A DNA stretch of 64,000 bases from sequence record PV808484.1; one strand, written 5' to 3'. The stretch comes from a phage. Shown here piece after piece: positions 48,390-57,123 of the stretch (positions within the stretch are counted from its first letter, which is position 1; each line of letters begins with the position of its first letter). A model generated the notes under the pieces. The model saw only the letters and a program-made list of their open reading frames with translations, made no database searches and was not told the DNA's origin. The translations under genes and the position numbers were made by a program.

Positions 48390-48933
48390 ATATGTGATCC
48401 AGTCCTGGGTAAAGCATGATGCTGATGATCCGCGCATAATACCAGATGACATGATCGATCACATGGTAGGGTATAGCGGGGAGCAGATAGGAAATCGAGC
48501 GGCAAAGAGCAACGGTCACACAAAAACGCGATCCGTTCGCCCTGGTTGGCTGGCAAATGGTAACGCTGACATTGCAAGCGCCGCAGATCCAAGCGATGAC
48601 GCTAAAAATAATCCCTTATACAGCATTGATCCGGCTTTTAAGGTGTTAGAAGAGTATCCCGCTAAATTAGCCGCACTAGATAAAGCATATGAAGAAAAGC
48701 GCATGGCATGGACGGTATACAACACCGCTAAAATGGTGCTAGATGCAAAATTGATTAAAGCCCAGGAGAAGATCAATAAACTTGTTACCATAGCGCAAGA
48801 GGAAGACCAGGACGACCAGGAGGAAGAGGAAGAAATCATGCCTACCCTGGAAGAGGAAGAGATCCAGCCATACATGCCGACGGAAGAGGAAAAAAGACAA
48901 GCCCTAAAAAATTATGAAAATTGTGTTGTGTAA
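48379..48933 (+). CDS. hypothetical protein with acidic C-terminal tail
   Basis: 184 aa; E/D-rich C-terminus (EEDQDDQEEEEEIMPTLEEEE). Confidence 0.45.
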   Translation: MGREYVIQSWVKHDADDPRIIPDDMIDHMVGYSGEQIGNRAAKSNGHTKTRSVRPGWLANGNADIASAADPSDDAKNNPLYSIDPAFKVLEEYPAKLAALDKAYEEKRMAWTVYNTAKMVLDAKLIKAQEKINKLVTIAQEEDQDDQEEEEEIMPTLEEEEIQPYMPTEEEKRQALKNYENCVV

Positions 48934-48936
48934 GGC

Positions 48937-49042
48937 TTGACATATGCAAACAAGCCCCGTAATATGTACCACATAAAGCGGGGCAACGCCCCATAAGGTG
49001 AAATAAAAAATCACTTGACACCTGAAATCAGTAAGCTATAAT
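48937..49042 (+). promoter_or_regulatory. tandem early promoters
   Basis: TTGACA/TAATAT with hairpin GGGGC-AAC-GCCCC, then second TTGACA -16- TATAAT. Confidence 0.55.
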
Positions 49043-49079
49043 GCTTATATAGATTGAAACATTACTAAGGAATAAAAGC

Positions 49080-49259
49080 ATGGCTATTATTGCAAAGACT
49101 GAGATCGTAGGTTTAGATTCTATCATCCTGGCATATGAGGAAGCTATAGAAATGTATGTGGTTTCCTATGGTGATTATATCCGTGAATATAAATCTATTG
49201 ATCTAGCTTTTGAATGCTATATTCGCCAGGTCAATAAAGCCTATGATGATTATCGTTAA
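49080..49259 (+). CDS. small hypothetical protein (59 aa)
   Basis: not in ORF track; ATG 49080 with AAGGA upstream. Confidence 0.45.
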   Translation: MAIIAKTEIVGLDSIILAYEEAIEMYVVSYGDYIREYKSIDLAFECYIRQVNKAYDDYR

Positions 49260-49278
49260 AAGTTTTAGTCTTGTGCTA

Positions 49279-49307
49279 TTGACAACGAACGATAGTGCAA
49301 GCATAAT
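49279..49307 (+). promoter_or_regulatory. sigma70-like promoter
   Basis: TTGACA -17- CATAAT. Confidence 0.5.
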
Positions 49308-49354
49308 AACTTTTATCGGGAATACTCCTAACTAATCAAAAGAGATTAAAGACT

Positions 49355-49720
49355 ATGGCTAAAAATATCAATGTTTCTGCTTATGCTACCCTGGCTAACA
49401 CTGCTAAAATTGAACTATCCAGCATTGAAGCGGTACATATTAGCGCCCGTCGCTGGTTTCAAAAGTCTTATGGTAACACTTATTTCTCTTTGATGGTTGA
49501 CGTTGAGATCGGCGGTAAACTGATTGAAGTCGTTAACGTTCCGTTTCACTATGGCTACGGGGATCATTTTGATACCGTTGCCCTAGAAGAGTTTAGCAAG
49601 GTTATCAACCTGGAAGGTAAAGAATTTTCAAATTATGCCTACCTTTCCCGTTTTTGCCGTGATAATGGGATCGCTGTATACAGTCATGCAAGCGATGTTA
49701 AACGTAAAAAAGATTTATAA
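49355..49720 (+). CDS. hypothetical early protein
   Basis: 121-aa ORF. Confidence 0.5.
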   Translation: MAKNINVSAYATLANTAKIELSSIEAVHISARRWFQKSYGNTYFSLMVDVEIGGKLIEVVNVPFHYGYGDHFDTVALEEFSKVINLEGKEFSNYAYLSRFCRDNGIAVYSHASDVKRKKDL

Positions 49721-49726
49721 AAAGCA

Positions 49727-49898
49727 TTGACAGCACGAATAAAAAGCGTAAAATGTTTCATATCAGGACGGGGAACGAAGTAACACCCCGTTAAGTAGCC
49801 CAGGAGTAAGACACACGAAAAACTCCCCTGATAAAATAGTTTGACAATGGTTTCTAATAACGTATAATACTTACATCGAGAGCGGGAACACTTCCCGC
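49727..49898 (+). promoter_or_regulatory. tandem early promoters, each with leader hairpin
   Basis: TTGACA/TAAAAT + ACGGGG..CCCCGT hairpin; TTGACA/TATAAT + GCGGGAA-CAC-TTCCCGC. Confidence 0.55.
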
Positions 49899-49923
49899 CT
49901 CACTGAAAAAAGAGATTAACATC

Positions 49924-50163
49924 ATGGCTAAATCTAAAATGTTCTTAGGTCACAAAAACAAAACTCATTGGAATGTAAGCCTTTGGATCAACAACGATGA
50001 AGGTTTTTATAATCTTGCGCGTGAATTTATCGCAGCTAACACCAATAAGAATGACGCAGCGCGTGATATGATGTTATTTCTTGAAAGTATGGATCAAGAT
50101 AAAACGCCAGACGGATTCAAGTTCAGTAAAACCGCGATCCGTGCCGCTATGGTTGGAATGTAA
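49924..50163 (+). CDS. hypothetical early protein
   Basis: 79-aa ORF. Confidence 0.5.
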   Translation: MAKSKMFLGHKNKTHWNVSLWINNDEGFYNLAREFIAANTNKNDAARDMMLFLESMDQDKTPDGFKFSKTAIRAAMVGM

Positions 50164-50258
50164 AGGAGACATAAAAATGAAACATCGTTCGACCTATCTC
50201 ACAAAACGTTTTAGCTTAGATCATAAATTGGGCTATTACGGAAGAAATAGAAAATAAT

Positions 50259-50317
50259 TTGACAACGTTTTAAATTAGTGTAAGATATATCACATAGGGC
50301 GGGAAATGGTTTCCCGC
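50259..50317 (+). promoter_or_regulatory. early promoter + 5' leader hairpin cassette
   Basis: TTGACA, -10 TAAGAT, hairpin GCGGGAAA-TGG-TTTCCCGC. Confidence 0.6.
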
Positions 50318-50340
50318 CAAATCAAAGAAAGGTTATCATT

Positions 50341-50568
50341 ATGGCTATCATTATTGTTCGCGTATCCGGTACGGTTGGAAGCTCCCAGGTAGTAGCAGTT
50401 ATCACAGAGAAGAAAGGGGATGATCTTCACTCTTCCTTGAATAGTTGGGCGGTCGCTAATTTTGGTCAGTGGTCGAGCGTCGAGTATATCGAATCCTACC
50501 AGGTGCCGACGATTAGCCTAACCGATTTAAATGTTGATCGCTTGTTGTGCCTGGATGGATTAAACTAA
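50341..50568 (+). CDS. hypothetical early protein
   Basis: 75-aa ORF. Confidence 0.5.
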   Translation: MAIIIVRVSGTVGSSQVVAVITEKKGDDLHSSLNSWAVANFGQWSSVEYIESYQVPTISLTDLNVDRLLCLDGLN

Positions 50569-50576
50569 AAATAATC

Positions 50577-50632
50577 TTGACAAGATAACTAAAATCAGTA
50601 AAATGTAATGCATAGGGCGGCAATAGTGCCGC
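50577..50632 (+). promoter_or_regulatory. early promoter + 5' leader hairpin cassette
   Basis: TTGACA, -10 TAAAAT, hairpin GCGGC-AATAGT-GCCGC. Confidence 0.6.
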
Positions 50633-50655
50633 TCATAGTAAGAGAGATTATCAAA

Positions 50656-50871
50656 ATGGCTAATATCCGCACACTGTTAAAAAATGCAAGTCAAGTTTTA
50701 TTTTCAGATGACGAGTATTTCAACAAAGACATTACAGGCGTGAAAAATTTAAAAGACGTGAAGGATGTTATCGGTATCCGTGGATCTTTACGTAAAGGTG
50801 ACATATACGGTAACAAGGTGCAATATAAACTGTCAAAAGATTATGATTTTACTTTGACAATTATCAATTAA
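50656..50871 (+). CDS. hypothetical early protein
   Basis: start moved from track 50608 (inside leader hairpin) to ATG 50656. Confidence 0.5.
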   Translation: MANIRTLLKNASQVLFSDDEYFNKDITGVKNLKDVKDVIGIRGSLRKGDIYGNKVQYKLSKDYDFTLTIIN

Positions 50872-50882
50872 GGGATCACAAA

Positions 50883-51041
50883 ATGAAAACTTGCCAATGT
50901 GGTAAAAAGTCTATCTCTGGTTTAAAACGTGGCGTTGCTCTTTGTCAATATCACTATAACGCTCAAACGTGGGGTAAGCAGTGGGCGGATCAGATGGAAG
51001 AGGCAAAGAAAGAAAATATAAAAGTAGTTGCAAAGAAATAA
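50883..51041 (+). CDS. small Cys-containing protein (52 aa)
   Basis: not in ORF track; CQCG...CQYH. Confidence 0.4.
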   Translation: MKTCQCGKKSISGLKRGVALCQYHYNAQTWGKQWADQMEEAKKENIKVVAKK

Positions 51042-51066
51042 AAATAAAGTAAACTGTATTCATCAA

Positions 51067-51088
51067 GGCGGTGGAATAGCCCACCGCC
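51067..51088 (+). other. GC hairpin in intergenic leader
   Basis: GGCGGTGG-AATAGC-CCACCGCC, no -35 upstream. Confidence 0.4.
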
Positions 51089-51112
51089 TAACAAAGAGAA
51101 GAGGAAAACATC

Positions 51113-51283
51113 ATGATCACTTTCGCTACCCGTGAAGCCGCTCGCAACGTTGCACGTAAAGTTAACGCCGCCAACCTGGGCGCTACGTTTAAAGCCCCGG
51201 TGAAAGATGAGTCAGGAAAATGGATCTTCCCTGGTCTGCGTCACGCTGATAAGCTGGGAACATTAACGTTAAAAAATAAATAA
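51113..51283 (+). CDS. small hypothetical protein (56 aa)
   Basis: not in ORF track; ATG 51113, GAGGAAAA upstream. Confidence 0.4.
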   Translation: MITFATREAARNVARKVNAANLGATFKAPVKDESGKWIFPGLRHADKLGTLTLKNK

Positions 51284-51290
51284 GATCCGC

Positions 51291-51349
51291 TTGACAGTAG
51301 CATGATTTATAAGTAAAGTAACAACAACGGCGGGAAATGGTTTCCCGCC
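51291..51349 (+). promoter_or_regulatory. early promoter + 5' leader hairpin cassette
   Basis: TTGACA, -10 TAAAGT, hairpin GCGGGAAA-TGG-TTTCCCGC. Confidence 0.6.
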
Positions 51350-51369
51350 ATCAATAAAGAGATAAGATT

Positions 51370-51729
51370 ATGAAATCAGTAAAAGCAATCAAAACTTACA
51401 TTGTATCGGCTATTTCTTTTGAAGGTACTACAACCGAAAAAGAAAAAATCACCGAACTGATGCGCCGTTTTAATTCTGAATACTGGTATCCCGATAATCA
51501 AAAACGTTACAATTATAACGTGATCAAGGCGATAGCCTCATGGTTACAAGGTTTACCGTCAGACATTAACATCGCCTTTGATTATAACGAGATCGATCAC
51601 TTGTTAATTGAATGGAAGTACATAAAAGAAACAAGCAAAGAAACAACCGTTACCCGTGAGCGGGAAAATTATTGGTTATATATTGCAAGCATGATCGTAA
51701 TCCTGGCAAAACAGCATAACGTGGCGTAA
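51370..51729 (+). CDS. hypothetical early protein
   Basis: 119-aa ORF. Confidence 0.5.
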   Translation: MKSVKAIKTYIVSAISFEGTTTEKEKITELMRRFNSEYWYPDNQKRYNYNVIKAIASWLQGLPSDINIAFDYNEIDHLLIEWKYIKETSKETTVTRERENYWLYIASMIVILAKQHNVA

Positions 51730-51744
51730 TTAAGAGGAAGAAAC

Positions 51745-51882
51745 ATGAACGCATCACAGCAGATCGAAAAATTCAACCGCAGCAAGGCGCGTAAAGATTG
51801 GAACGAAGAGATCACCAAAAAAGGCGACAAGCGGAACAAAACAAAAAGAGATCGCAGCACAAAAAGACACTGGAACGAATAA
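51745..51882 (+). CDS. small basic protein (45 aa)
   Basis: not in ORF track; AAGAGGAAG upstream. Confidence 0.35.
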   Translation: MNASQQIEKFNRSKARKDWNEEITKKGDKRNKTKRDRSTKRHWNE

Positions 51883-51887
51883 CAAAA

Positions 51888-51912
51888 AAGGGCGCAATAA
51901 GCGCCCTTTTAG
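51888..51912 (+). terminator. rho-independent terminator
   Basis: AAGGGCGC-AATAA-GCGCCCTT then TT. Confidence 0.6.
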
Positions 51913-52000
51913 CTTATATAGAGGCTTGTTACCCATAGGCAATGGTAACGCCAGGGCAAGCCTATAAACAACGTTAGACGGCTTTACAGGAGCTTTAAAA

Positions 52001-52183
52001 ATGAGATTAGAAGAAATAAGCAAGGCACTAGCCCAGGGGCAAAGGTTATGCGCCAGATATCGTGATCAATATGGCTTCATAACTAGCGGCGTGATCCTGG
52101 GGATTGAAGGCAATAAGATTTTTATTGACACGTTGAAAAACGTTGTATATAGTGACAATATAATCTCAATAAAACATATATGA
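52001..52183 (+). CDS. hypothetical protein
   Basis: 60-aa ORF. Confidence 0.4.
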   Translation: MRLEEISKALAQGQRLCARYRDQYGFITSGVILGIEGNKIFIDTLKNVVYSDNIISIKHI

Positions 52184-52191
52184 GGCAAGAA

Positions 52192-52593
52192 ATGAAAAAC
52201 TTATTGATCGCTGGTTTACTCTCTTTTGGTATGGTTGGAACATCTAGCGCGGCGATATCCTCCACAGTAGCAGAATTAAGCGCCGTTGATGCAATGGAAA
52301 ACGTCATGCTTATTAATAATGCGATCCCCGATGAAATCATGGAGGATTCACACATGATCGCTTATGGTGCTGTTACACAACTAACGGCAAAAATAGATAA
52401 ATCTATTGTTAATGGCTTAAATGAAGATGTACCATGTGAAATTATTACCAGTGTGCTTACTACTCAAAATTTTACGCCGTGGTTAAAAAGTATTCAAAAA
52501 GTACACAGTACAGCCGCAGATCGTAGCAATGAAAAACTAGTGTCAGCACTTGCAACGTATACCCTAGCAAAATGCACCGAGATAAAAGATTGA
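52192..52593 (+). CDS. secreted hypothetical protein
   Basis: start moved to ATG 52192 (GAGG upstream); signal peptide MKNLLIAGLLSFGMVGTSSAA. Confidence 0.5.
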   Translation: MKNLLIAGLLSFGMVGTSSAAISSTVAELSAVDAMENVMLINNAIPDEIMEDSHMIAYGAVTQLTAKIDKSIVNGLNEDVPCEIITSVLTTQNFTPWLKSIQKVHSTAADRSNEKLVSALATYTLAKCTEIKD

Positions 52594-52618
52594 CAACATA
52601 GAAAGCACGTTATAAGAT
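52590..52618 (+). promoter_or_regulatory. sigma70-like promoter
   Basis: TTGACA ... TATAAGAT upstream of 52641 gene. Confidence 0.45.
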
Positions 52619-52640
52619 ACACACAACAAAGGAGAACTAC

Positions 52641-52943
52641 ATGAACGGCATAGCTAAAACGTTTTTTCTTTTTTCTGGTGTAAATGATCCATCAATAAAA
52701 GTCGATAGTGTAAAAGAAAACAATACTATCACCGCTAAATTGTTTCAAGATGAAACAAATAACGTGCTAATCATTAATCTTAAAGAAATAACTAAAGGTT
52801 ATTATACTATTGCTTACCATGCAATCTATCATGCTGGTACTAGTGAGGAAGTGCAAACAAGCAACAACGAAAGCGCGGCGCTACCTGGTGATCTGGTGCT
52901 GGGCGTTATCAGTTTAATTGTCAATGATTTTTTTAAGGAGTAA
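52641..52943 (+). CDS. hypothetical protein
   Basis: 100 aa; AAGGAGAA upstream. Confidence 0.45.
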   Translation: MNGIAKTFFLFSGVNDPSIKVDSVKENNTITAKLFQDETNNVLIINLKEITKGYYTIAYHAIYHAGTSEEVQTSNNESAALPGDLVLGVISLIVNDFFKE

Positions 52944-52947
52944 AACC

Positions 52948-53043
52948 ATGCCCTATTTACATTTATTTTTCGGTATCTTATTGACAGGATCTTTTTTCTT
53001 CTGTATGCTTGTTTCTATTGTAAACCACGTTTTAAGACATTAA
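52948..53043 (+). CDS. small hydrophobic peptide (31 aa)
   Basis: not in ORF track; AAGGAG upstream. Confidence 0.3.
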   Translation: MPYLHLFFGILLTGSFFFCMLVSIVNHVLRH

Positions 53044-53052
53044 GGAAACAGC

Positions 53053-53172
53053 ATGAAAATTATTCCCGTACAATATAGCGTAATAAATCCAGCATACGAG
53101 GAAGGAAGGAAAACAAGCATGGCTTTATGTTGTATTGCTACTATAGCCATGTTGTTATGCATTGTGTTTTAA
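53053..53172 (+). CDS. small peptide with hydrophobic C-terminus (39 aa)
   Basis: not in ORF track; AAGGAAACAGC upstream. Confidence 0.3.
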   Translation: MKIIPVQYSVINPAYEEGRKTSMALCCIATIAMLLCIVF

Positions 53173-53201
53173 TAGGTTTTATAGTTGTACGCTTTAAAGG
53201 C

Positions 53202-53253
53202 TTGACAATTTTTTGTTATGCTTTAAACTATATCTTGAAAACGGCAAAGGCCG
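53202..53253 (+). promoter_or_regulatory. early promoter + short leader hairpin
   Basis: TTGACA, -10 TAAACT, hairpin CGGC-AAAG-GCCG. Confidence 0.5.
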
Positions 53254-53272
53254 CAAACAAAAGGGTAAAATT

Positions 53273-53596
53273 ATGAAATCTGTGATCGGTGTTTATTTGG
53301 ATAACTCTGATTTTTTCTATCATCGCGCTCGTTTCCTTGATGCGATTGAAATGATAGAATCAGGCTTTAAAGAGTATCGCCTTGCACATGATGACCTGGA
53401 AGCATTACAGGGCAATAGTGTTTTTACATTGCAAGCTAAAGCACTATGCAAAAGCCGGATCGACATTGCGAGCAAAAAGATAGAACGCGGCATGTCCTGG
53501 TTGCGCACCGCAGAAATCAACATGGGGCAATGGTACGGCGAAAACTTAGAAAATAAACATGCTTTTGTCAATGTAGAAAATATTGAAGATTATTGA
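53273..53596 (+). CDS. hypothetical early protein
   Basis: start moved from track 53213 (inside promoter) to ATG 53273. Confidence 0.5.
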   Translation: MKSVIGVYLDNSDFFYHRARFLDAIEMIESGFKEYRLAHDDLEALQGNSVFTLQAKALCKSRIDIASKKIERGMSWLRTAEINMGQWYGENLENKHAFVNVENIEDY

Positions 53597-53658
53597 TTGA
53601 CAGCACACCTAACGGGTAGTATATTGTATCTCATAGAGCGGGGAAATGGTTTCCCCGC
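53597..53658 (+). promoter_or_regulatory. early promoter + 5' leader hairpin cassette
   Basis: TTGACA, -10 TATATT, hairpin GCGGGGAAA-TGG-TTTCCCCGC. Confidence 0.6.
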
Positions 53659-53678
53659 CATCAATAAAGAGATAAGCT

Positions 53679-53963
53679 ATGAAGATCACAAAAGCACTTT
53701 CCAACTATGCAGCACGTCGCGGATTATGTTTAACCGTTGAAAATTTAGGGAAAGAAGATTTTTTGTGCTTTTGGGAGCTTGAGAATGATAATGAGTGGAT
53801 CTTCTCTTATTCTATCTGCGAAGATCAAAACGGTTGTTTATTAACCTGGCGCGGTAATATCTATCTACCGGAAGAAATCAAAGAAGAATTACCAGGCACG
53901 ATCATGACTGAGAAACAGCTTAAGGAAGTGATCAATTTTGTAGGGCAAAACATTAAAAAATAA
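53679..53963 (+). CDS. hypothetical early protein
   Basis: 94-aa ORF. Confidence 0.5.
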   Translation: MKITKALSNYAARRGLCLTVENLGKEDFLCFWELENDNEWIFSYSICEDQNGCLLTWRGNIYLPEEIKEELPGTIMTEKQLKEVINFVGQNIKK

Positions 53964-53964
53964 T

Positions 53965-54021
53965 TTGACAGCAGAAAAACAACGTAGTAAAGTTTATCAC
54001 ATAGGGCGGCAATAGTGCCGC
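53965..54021 (+). promoter_or_regulatory. early promoter + 5' leader hairpin cassette
   Basis: TTGACA, -10 TAAAGT, hairpin GCGGC-AATAGT-GCCGC. Confidence 0.6.
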
Positions 54022-54044
54022 TCATAACAGAAGAGAAACAAATC

Positions 54045-54215
54045 ATGATCCCGACTATGTTTTATGTATCGCGCAAAGGTCACAATATTTTTTGGTCTGA
54101 AGATTTAAATGAAGCCATGACGTTTGCCCGTGATCGTGTTGCTATCGGTGGCGTTAACATTACTGTAACCGATGAAAATGGCATTGAATACTATAACGGC
54201 GACGATGAAGAGTAA
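54045..54215 (+). CDS. hypothetical early protein (56 aa)
   Basis: start moved from track 54015 to ATG 54045. Confidence 0.45.
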   Translation: MIPTMFYVSRKGHNIFWSEDLNEAMTFARDRVAIGGVNITVTDENGIEYYNGDDEE

Positions 54216-54260
54216 TTAACAAGGCGGGGAGTATTCCCGCCGTCAATAAAGGATAATATC

Positions 54261-54398
54261 ATGAAAACTTTCAACGCAACAGCATCAACAATTGGTTATA
54301 TTATCACCGTGCAAGCTATTGATCTAGTAGCTGCAACAAACAAGATTAAAAACATGATCCCTGTAGGCAGTGATTTTTCCGTTTGGGAAGTAAAATAA
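54261..54398 (+). CDS. small hypothetical protein (45 aa)
   Basis: not in ORF track; preceded by GGCGGG..CCCGCC hairpin and AAAGGA. Confidence 0.4.
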   Translation: MKTFNATASTIGYIITVQAIDLVAATNKIKNMIPVGSDFSVWEVK

Positions 54399-54401
54399 AT
54401 C

Positions 54402-54463
54402 TTGACAGTGATTTGTTATTTGATAAGATGTACTACGTAGGGCGTGGCAATAAGGCAACGCCC
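54402..54463 (+). promoter_or_regulatory. early promoter + 5' leader hairpin cassette
   Basis: TTGACA, -10 TAAGAT, hairpin GGGCGT..ACGCCC. Confidence 0.55.
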
Positions 54464-54484
54464 CACATCAGAAAGGGAAAGATT

Positions 54485-54721
54485 ATGACTATAGCAACAG
54501 TATTAACCGCCGTTAAAACCGCCGAATCATCCGGCTTGCATGTTGAGATTATAGATCAACCAGGTGGCGATCTCCTTGTCCAGGTTTACCCGCCGAAAGT
54601 AGGGGATGATTATTATTGGTGCTATTCTGATACGTTCGAACAAGTAGACACGAAAGCGATCACGGCTTTTATTTTAAAAGCTATTGAAGAAAATAACTTT
54701 CATTATAACATCAATCAATAA
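54485..54721 (+). CDS. hypothetical early protein
   Basis: start moved from track 54383 to ATG 54485 (AAAGGGAAAG upstream). Confidence 0.5.
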   Translation: MTIATVLTAVKTAESSGLHVEIIDQPGGDLLVQVYPPKVGDDYYWCYSDTFEQVDTKAITAFILKAIEENNFHYNINQ

Positions 54722-54763
54722 ACCATAAGCGGGGCAGTAACGCCCACTAATGAGGGTAAAATC

Positions 54764-54868
54764 ATGTTAGAGAAAATTTTCACGGTTGTAGTAGTGGGCC
54801 TGGCGTTATCGGTTGGAGTGGTTGCAACTATGGCTAACATGATTCTATCTTCTCACGGTATTGGATAA
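54764..54868 (+). CDS. small hydrophobic peptide (34 aa)
   Basis: not in ORF track; GAGGGTAAAATC upstream. Confidence 0.3.
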   Translation: MLEKIFTVVVVGLALSVGVVATMANMILSSHGIG

Positions 54869-54878
54869 GGTGAATCAA

Positions 54879-55094
54879 ATGATCACGAATAAGACAGGTA
54901 AAACAGAATTTTTACGCGGCTTGCAAATAGGTAAACCTGAGATCTGGCATTGCACTAAATCCGCGCATAATGAAATGAAAGATTTTACCGCTACTTTACA
55001 ACGTGTTAAAATATCTATCACACAGAAAAAAGCCTTGTTAGTAGTAGAAAACGAGATCCCGCAAACTATTATTATTGTCGAGCGTACAGCATGA
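54879..55094 (+). CDS. hypothetical protein
   Basis: start moved from TTG 54861 to ATG 54879. Confidence 0.45.
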   Translation: MITNKTGKTEFLRGLQIGKPEIWHCTKSAHNEMKDFTATLQRVKISITQKKALLVVENEIPQTIIIVERTA

Positions 55095-55477
55095 AAACAG
55101 AAATCATTATTGAAATCATCAACGGTTATAAAGAAGCCTTTATTTTTGCTGAATCCGCCAGGGATCATGAAGGTAATTTTATTGATAACTTGACTGATTA
55201 TGATTTTTCAGATCAAGCCCATCAGCGGATCATTCATGACGTAGCGGCTTATTGTGATGCCAATGATGCCGCTATCTCTGAGGCAATGAGCGACGGCGCA
55301 ACAGCCAACCAGATCGGGAATGATTTACATTTTACCCGTAATAGTCACGGCGTAGGCTTTTGGGATCGCCCTGAAATATACACTACTAACACCGCCAACC
55401 GCTTAACTAATGCAGCTAAATTGATGCCATCGGTGCATGCTTACATTGGTGAAGATAATTTGATTTATATTGAATAA
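55091..55477 (+). CDS. hypothetical protein
   Basis: 128-aa ORF. Confidence 0.5.
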   Translation: MKTEIIIEIINGYKEAFIFAESARDHEGNFIDNLTDYDFSDQAHQRIIHDVAAYCDANDAAISEAMSDGATANQIGNDLHFTRNSHGVGFWDRPEIYTTNTANRLTNAAKLMPSVHAYIGEDNLIYIE

Positions 55478-55483
55478 AAAGTA

Positions 55484-55541
55484 TTGACACCGATCCCCAA
55501 TATGGTACTATTTACCACGTAGGCGGGAAATGGTTTCCCGC
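55484..55541 (+). promoter_or_regulatory. early promoter + 5' leader hairpin cassette
   Basis: TTGACA, -10 TACTAT, hairpin GCGGGAAA-TGG-TTTCCCGC. Confidence 0.6.
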
Positions 55542-55565
55542 CAGGTAATCAAAAAGGTAAATACT

Positions 55566-55955
55566 ATGCGCAACCTGGTTTCTGTTTCTAACGTTGAAAA
55601 ATTTCAATCTTTACAGGGTATCGTTAACAACGTAGCGCCTTTTTTAGTCAACGGCTTGATTGCAAAGATGAAAAATAAACATCATGCGGCATGGTCTGCT
55701 TACTGCTTTGATAATGATGAAAAAGCGGCTGAAATGATGTTAAATATGCTGTTAGACAGTGTAGAATCATCTTTACCGGAAAACATCGCAGAAGAGATCA
55801 CCTATCGTTATAATATGGCGATCACTTACCAGGAGGTTGCGCAATTTAATATGATGGACGATGACGAACAACAGGATCAGGAAATTTTCTGGGAGTATGC
55901 AGATCGTCAATCGGCTTTTGATGAAAAGTTAGCGATGTATTATAACGAATATTAA
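55566..55955 (+). CDS. hypothetical early protein
   Basis: start moved from track 55530 to ATG 55566. Confidence 0.5.
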   Translation: MRNLVSVSNVEKFQSLQGIVNNVAPFLVNGLIAKMKNKHHAAWSAYCFDNDEKAAEMMLNMLLDSVESSLPENIAEEITYRYNMAITYQEVAQFNMMDDDEQQDQEIFWEYADRQSAFDEKLAMYYNEY

Positions 55956-55970
55956 TACACGGTAAAAGAA

Positions 55971-55996
55971 AGGGGCGCACTAAGCGCCCTTTTTTG
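55971..55996 (+). terminator. rho-independent terminator
   Basis: GGGGCGC-ACTAA-GCGCCCT followed by TTTTTTG. Confidence 0.65.
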
Positions 55997-56341
55997 TATT
56001 CTTTTTTCACAATGGAAGCGACACGTAAAGAATAGGCGTAAAAGGTGGCGTAAAACCATCTAAAACCGACTGTAACCGCTTAAACAAGGCAGGGATGATT
56101 AATCCCCTTACCAGGATGAAAAAGCTGTTAGAGAGCTATTCATAGCGTTTAAAGCACATAGGAAATAATTTGCTTTTTATCTTGCCTTTTATCCTGCTTT
56201 TGATTATTATTATGGAACGGGCGGCACCTGGGGACAGGGGAAGATAATCACCGGAAGATCCCGCTATATATTGATAGCTAATACCTATTAAACAACAAAA
56301 CATCAAAGGGATAAACTATCAAATCTTTACAATCCTACCTA

Positions 56342-56400
56342 TTGACACACGATCACCCTTATACTAATATGTATCCCGTAGGCGGGAAATGGTTTCCCGC
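56342..56400 (+). promoter_or_regulatory. early promoter + 5' leader hairpin cassette
   Basis: TTGACA, -10 TAATAT, hairpin GCGGGAAA-TGG-TTTCCCGC. Confidence 0.6.
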
Positions 56401-56419
56401 TTGATATAGGAATCATACC

Positions 56420-56650
56420 ATGATCGAACAAATTAAAAGCACTCAAAATGTTAACGGCAATGTGTTCCACTTTATCGGCAATAAAGGAAAAGGCGTACCC
56501 TACGCCGCCGTAACCGTGCAACCTAATGGCGATTATTGGTTTACCGTGTACGGATCATACTCTTTCGGACGCCCGGCACATGATAAGATCTTGCAAGCGG
56601 TTAAACCTGCGGGGAAGAATATTACAGCAGAAAAATTTTATAAAAAATAG
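56420..56650 (+). CDS. hypothetical early protein
   Basis: 76-aa ORF. Confidence 0.5.
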   Translation: MIEQIKSTQNVNGNVFHFIGNKGKGVPYAAVTVQPNGDYWFTVYGSYSFGRPAHDKILQAVKPAGKNITAEKFYKK

Positions 56651-56651
56651 C

Positions 56652-56680
56652 TTGCTTTATTTCTTCTGTTAACTTATAGT
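56652..56680 (+). promoter_or_regulatory. sigma70-like promoter
   Basis: TTGCTT -17- TATAGT. Confidence 0.45.
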
Positions 56681-56725
56681 TATCGCGTAGGGCAAACAAT
56701 TTTAAACGGTAGACGAGGAATCACC

Positions 56726-57109
56726 ATGAGCAATATCATCAACCTGGCAGCGACTGTAAACGGTAAAGACTTTAACGGCGCTGTAGACCGTGATCCTATG
56801 TGGTGCTTATCAGTGTTTAAAGGCGATCTGGTTGAAGTTAGAACAACCGAAGGGTATAGCGATGATTATAAATGCGAGATCCATTTACATAACTGGTACA
56901 CGGGGAAAACTTATGCGCTGAATCACGCGTTTATCGGGAAAATTGAATATCGCGAGATGATCGACGATGAAACGGGGCAAGATTTTAGTGATTATGTTTA
57001 TATTCGTTCAGAAACATTAGCCGAACGTTTGATCGAGAAAATGAAAGCAAAAAATAAAATTAATTTAGCTCATTGGCTTGATATAACAAATGATCCGGCT
57101 TACAAGTAA
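56726..57109 (+). CDS. hypothetical protein
   Basis: 127-aa ORF. Confidence 0.5.
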   Translation: MSNIINLAATVNGKDFNGAVDRDPMWCLSVFKGDLVEVRTTEGYSDDYKCEIHLHNWYTGKTYALNHAFIGKIEYREMIDDETGQDFSDYVYIRSETLAERLIEKMKAKNKINLAHWLDITNDPAYK

Positions 57110-57123
57110 ATAACATTTCATAC

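Noticed and set aside
50608-50655. ORF-track starts lying inside promoter or leader-hairpin sequence (50608, 53213, 54015, 54383, 55530, and TTG starts at 54861 and 27108)
   Set aside because: These codons fall within the conserved -35/-10 or hairpin elements; downstream in-frame ATGs have proper Shine-Dalgarno spacing, so starts were moved.
47075-56400. Possibility that the repeated GC hairpins form a CRISPR array
   Set aside because: Repeats are separated by whole genes of variable length, each sits in a promoter/leader context, and the repeat sequences vary; not a CRISPR repeat-spacer architecture.
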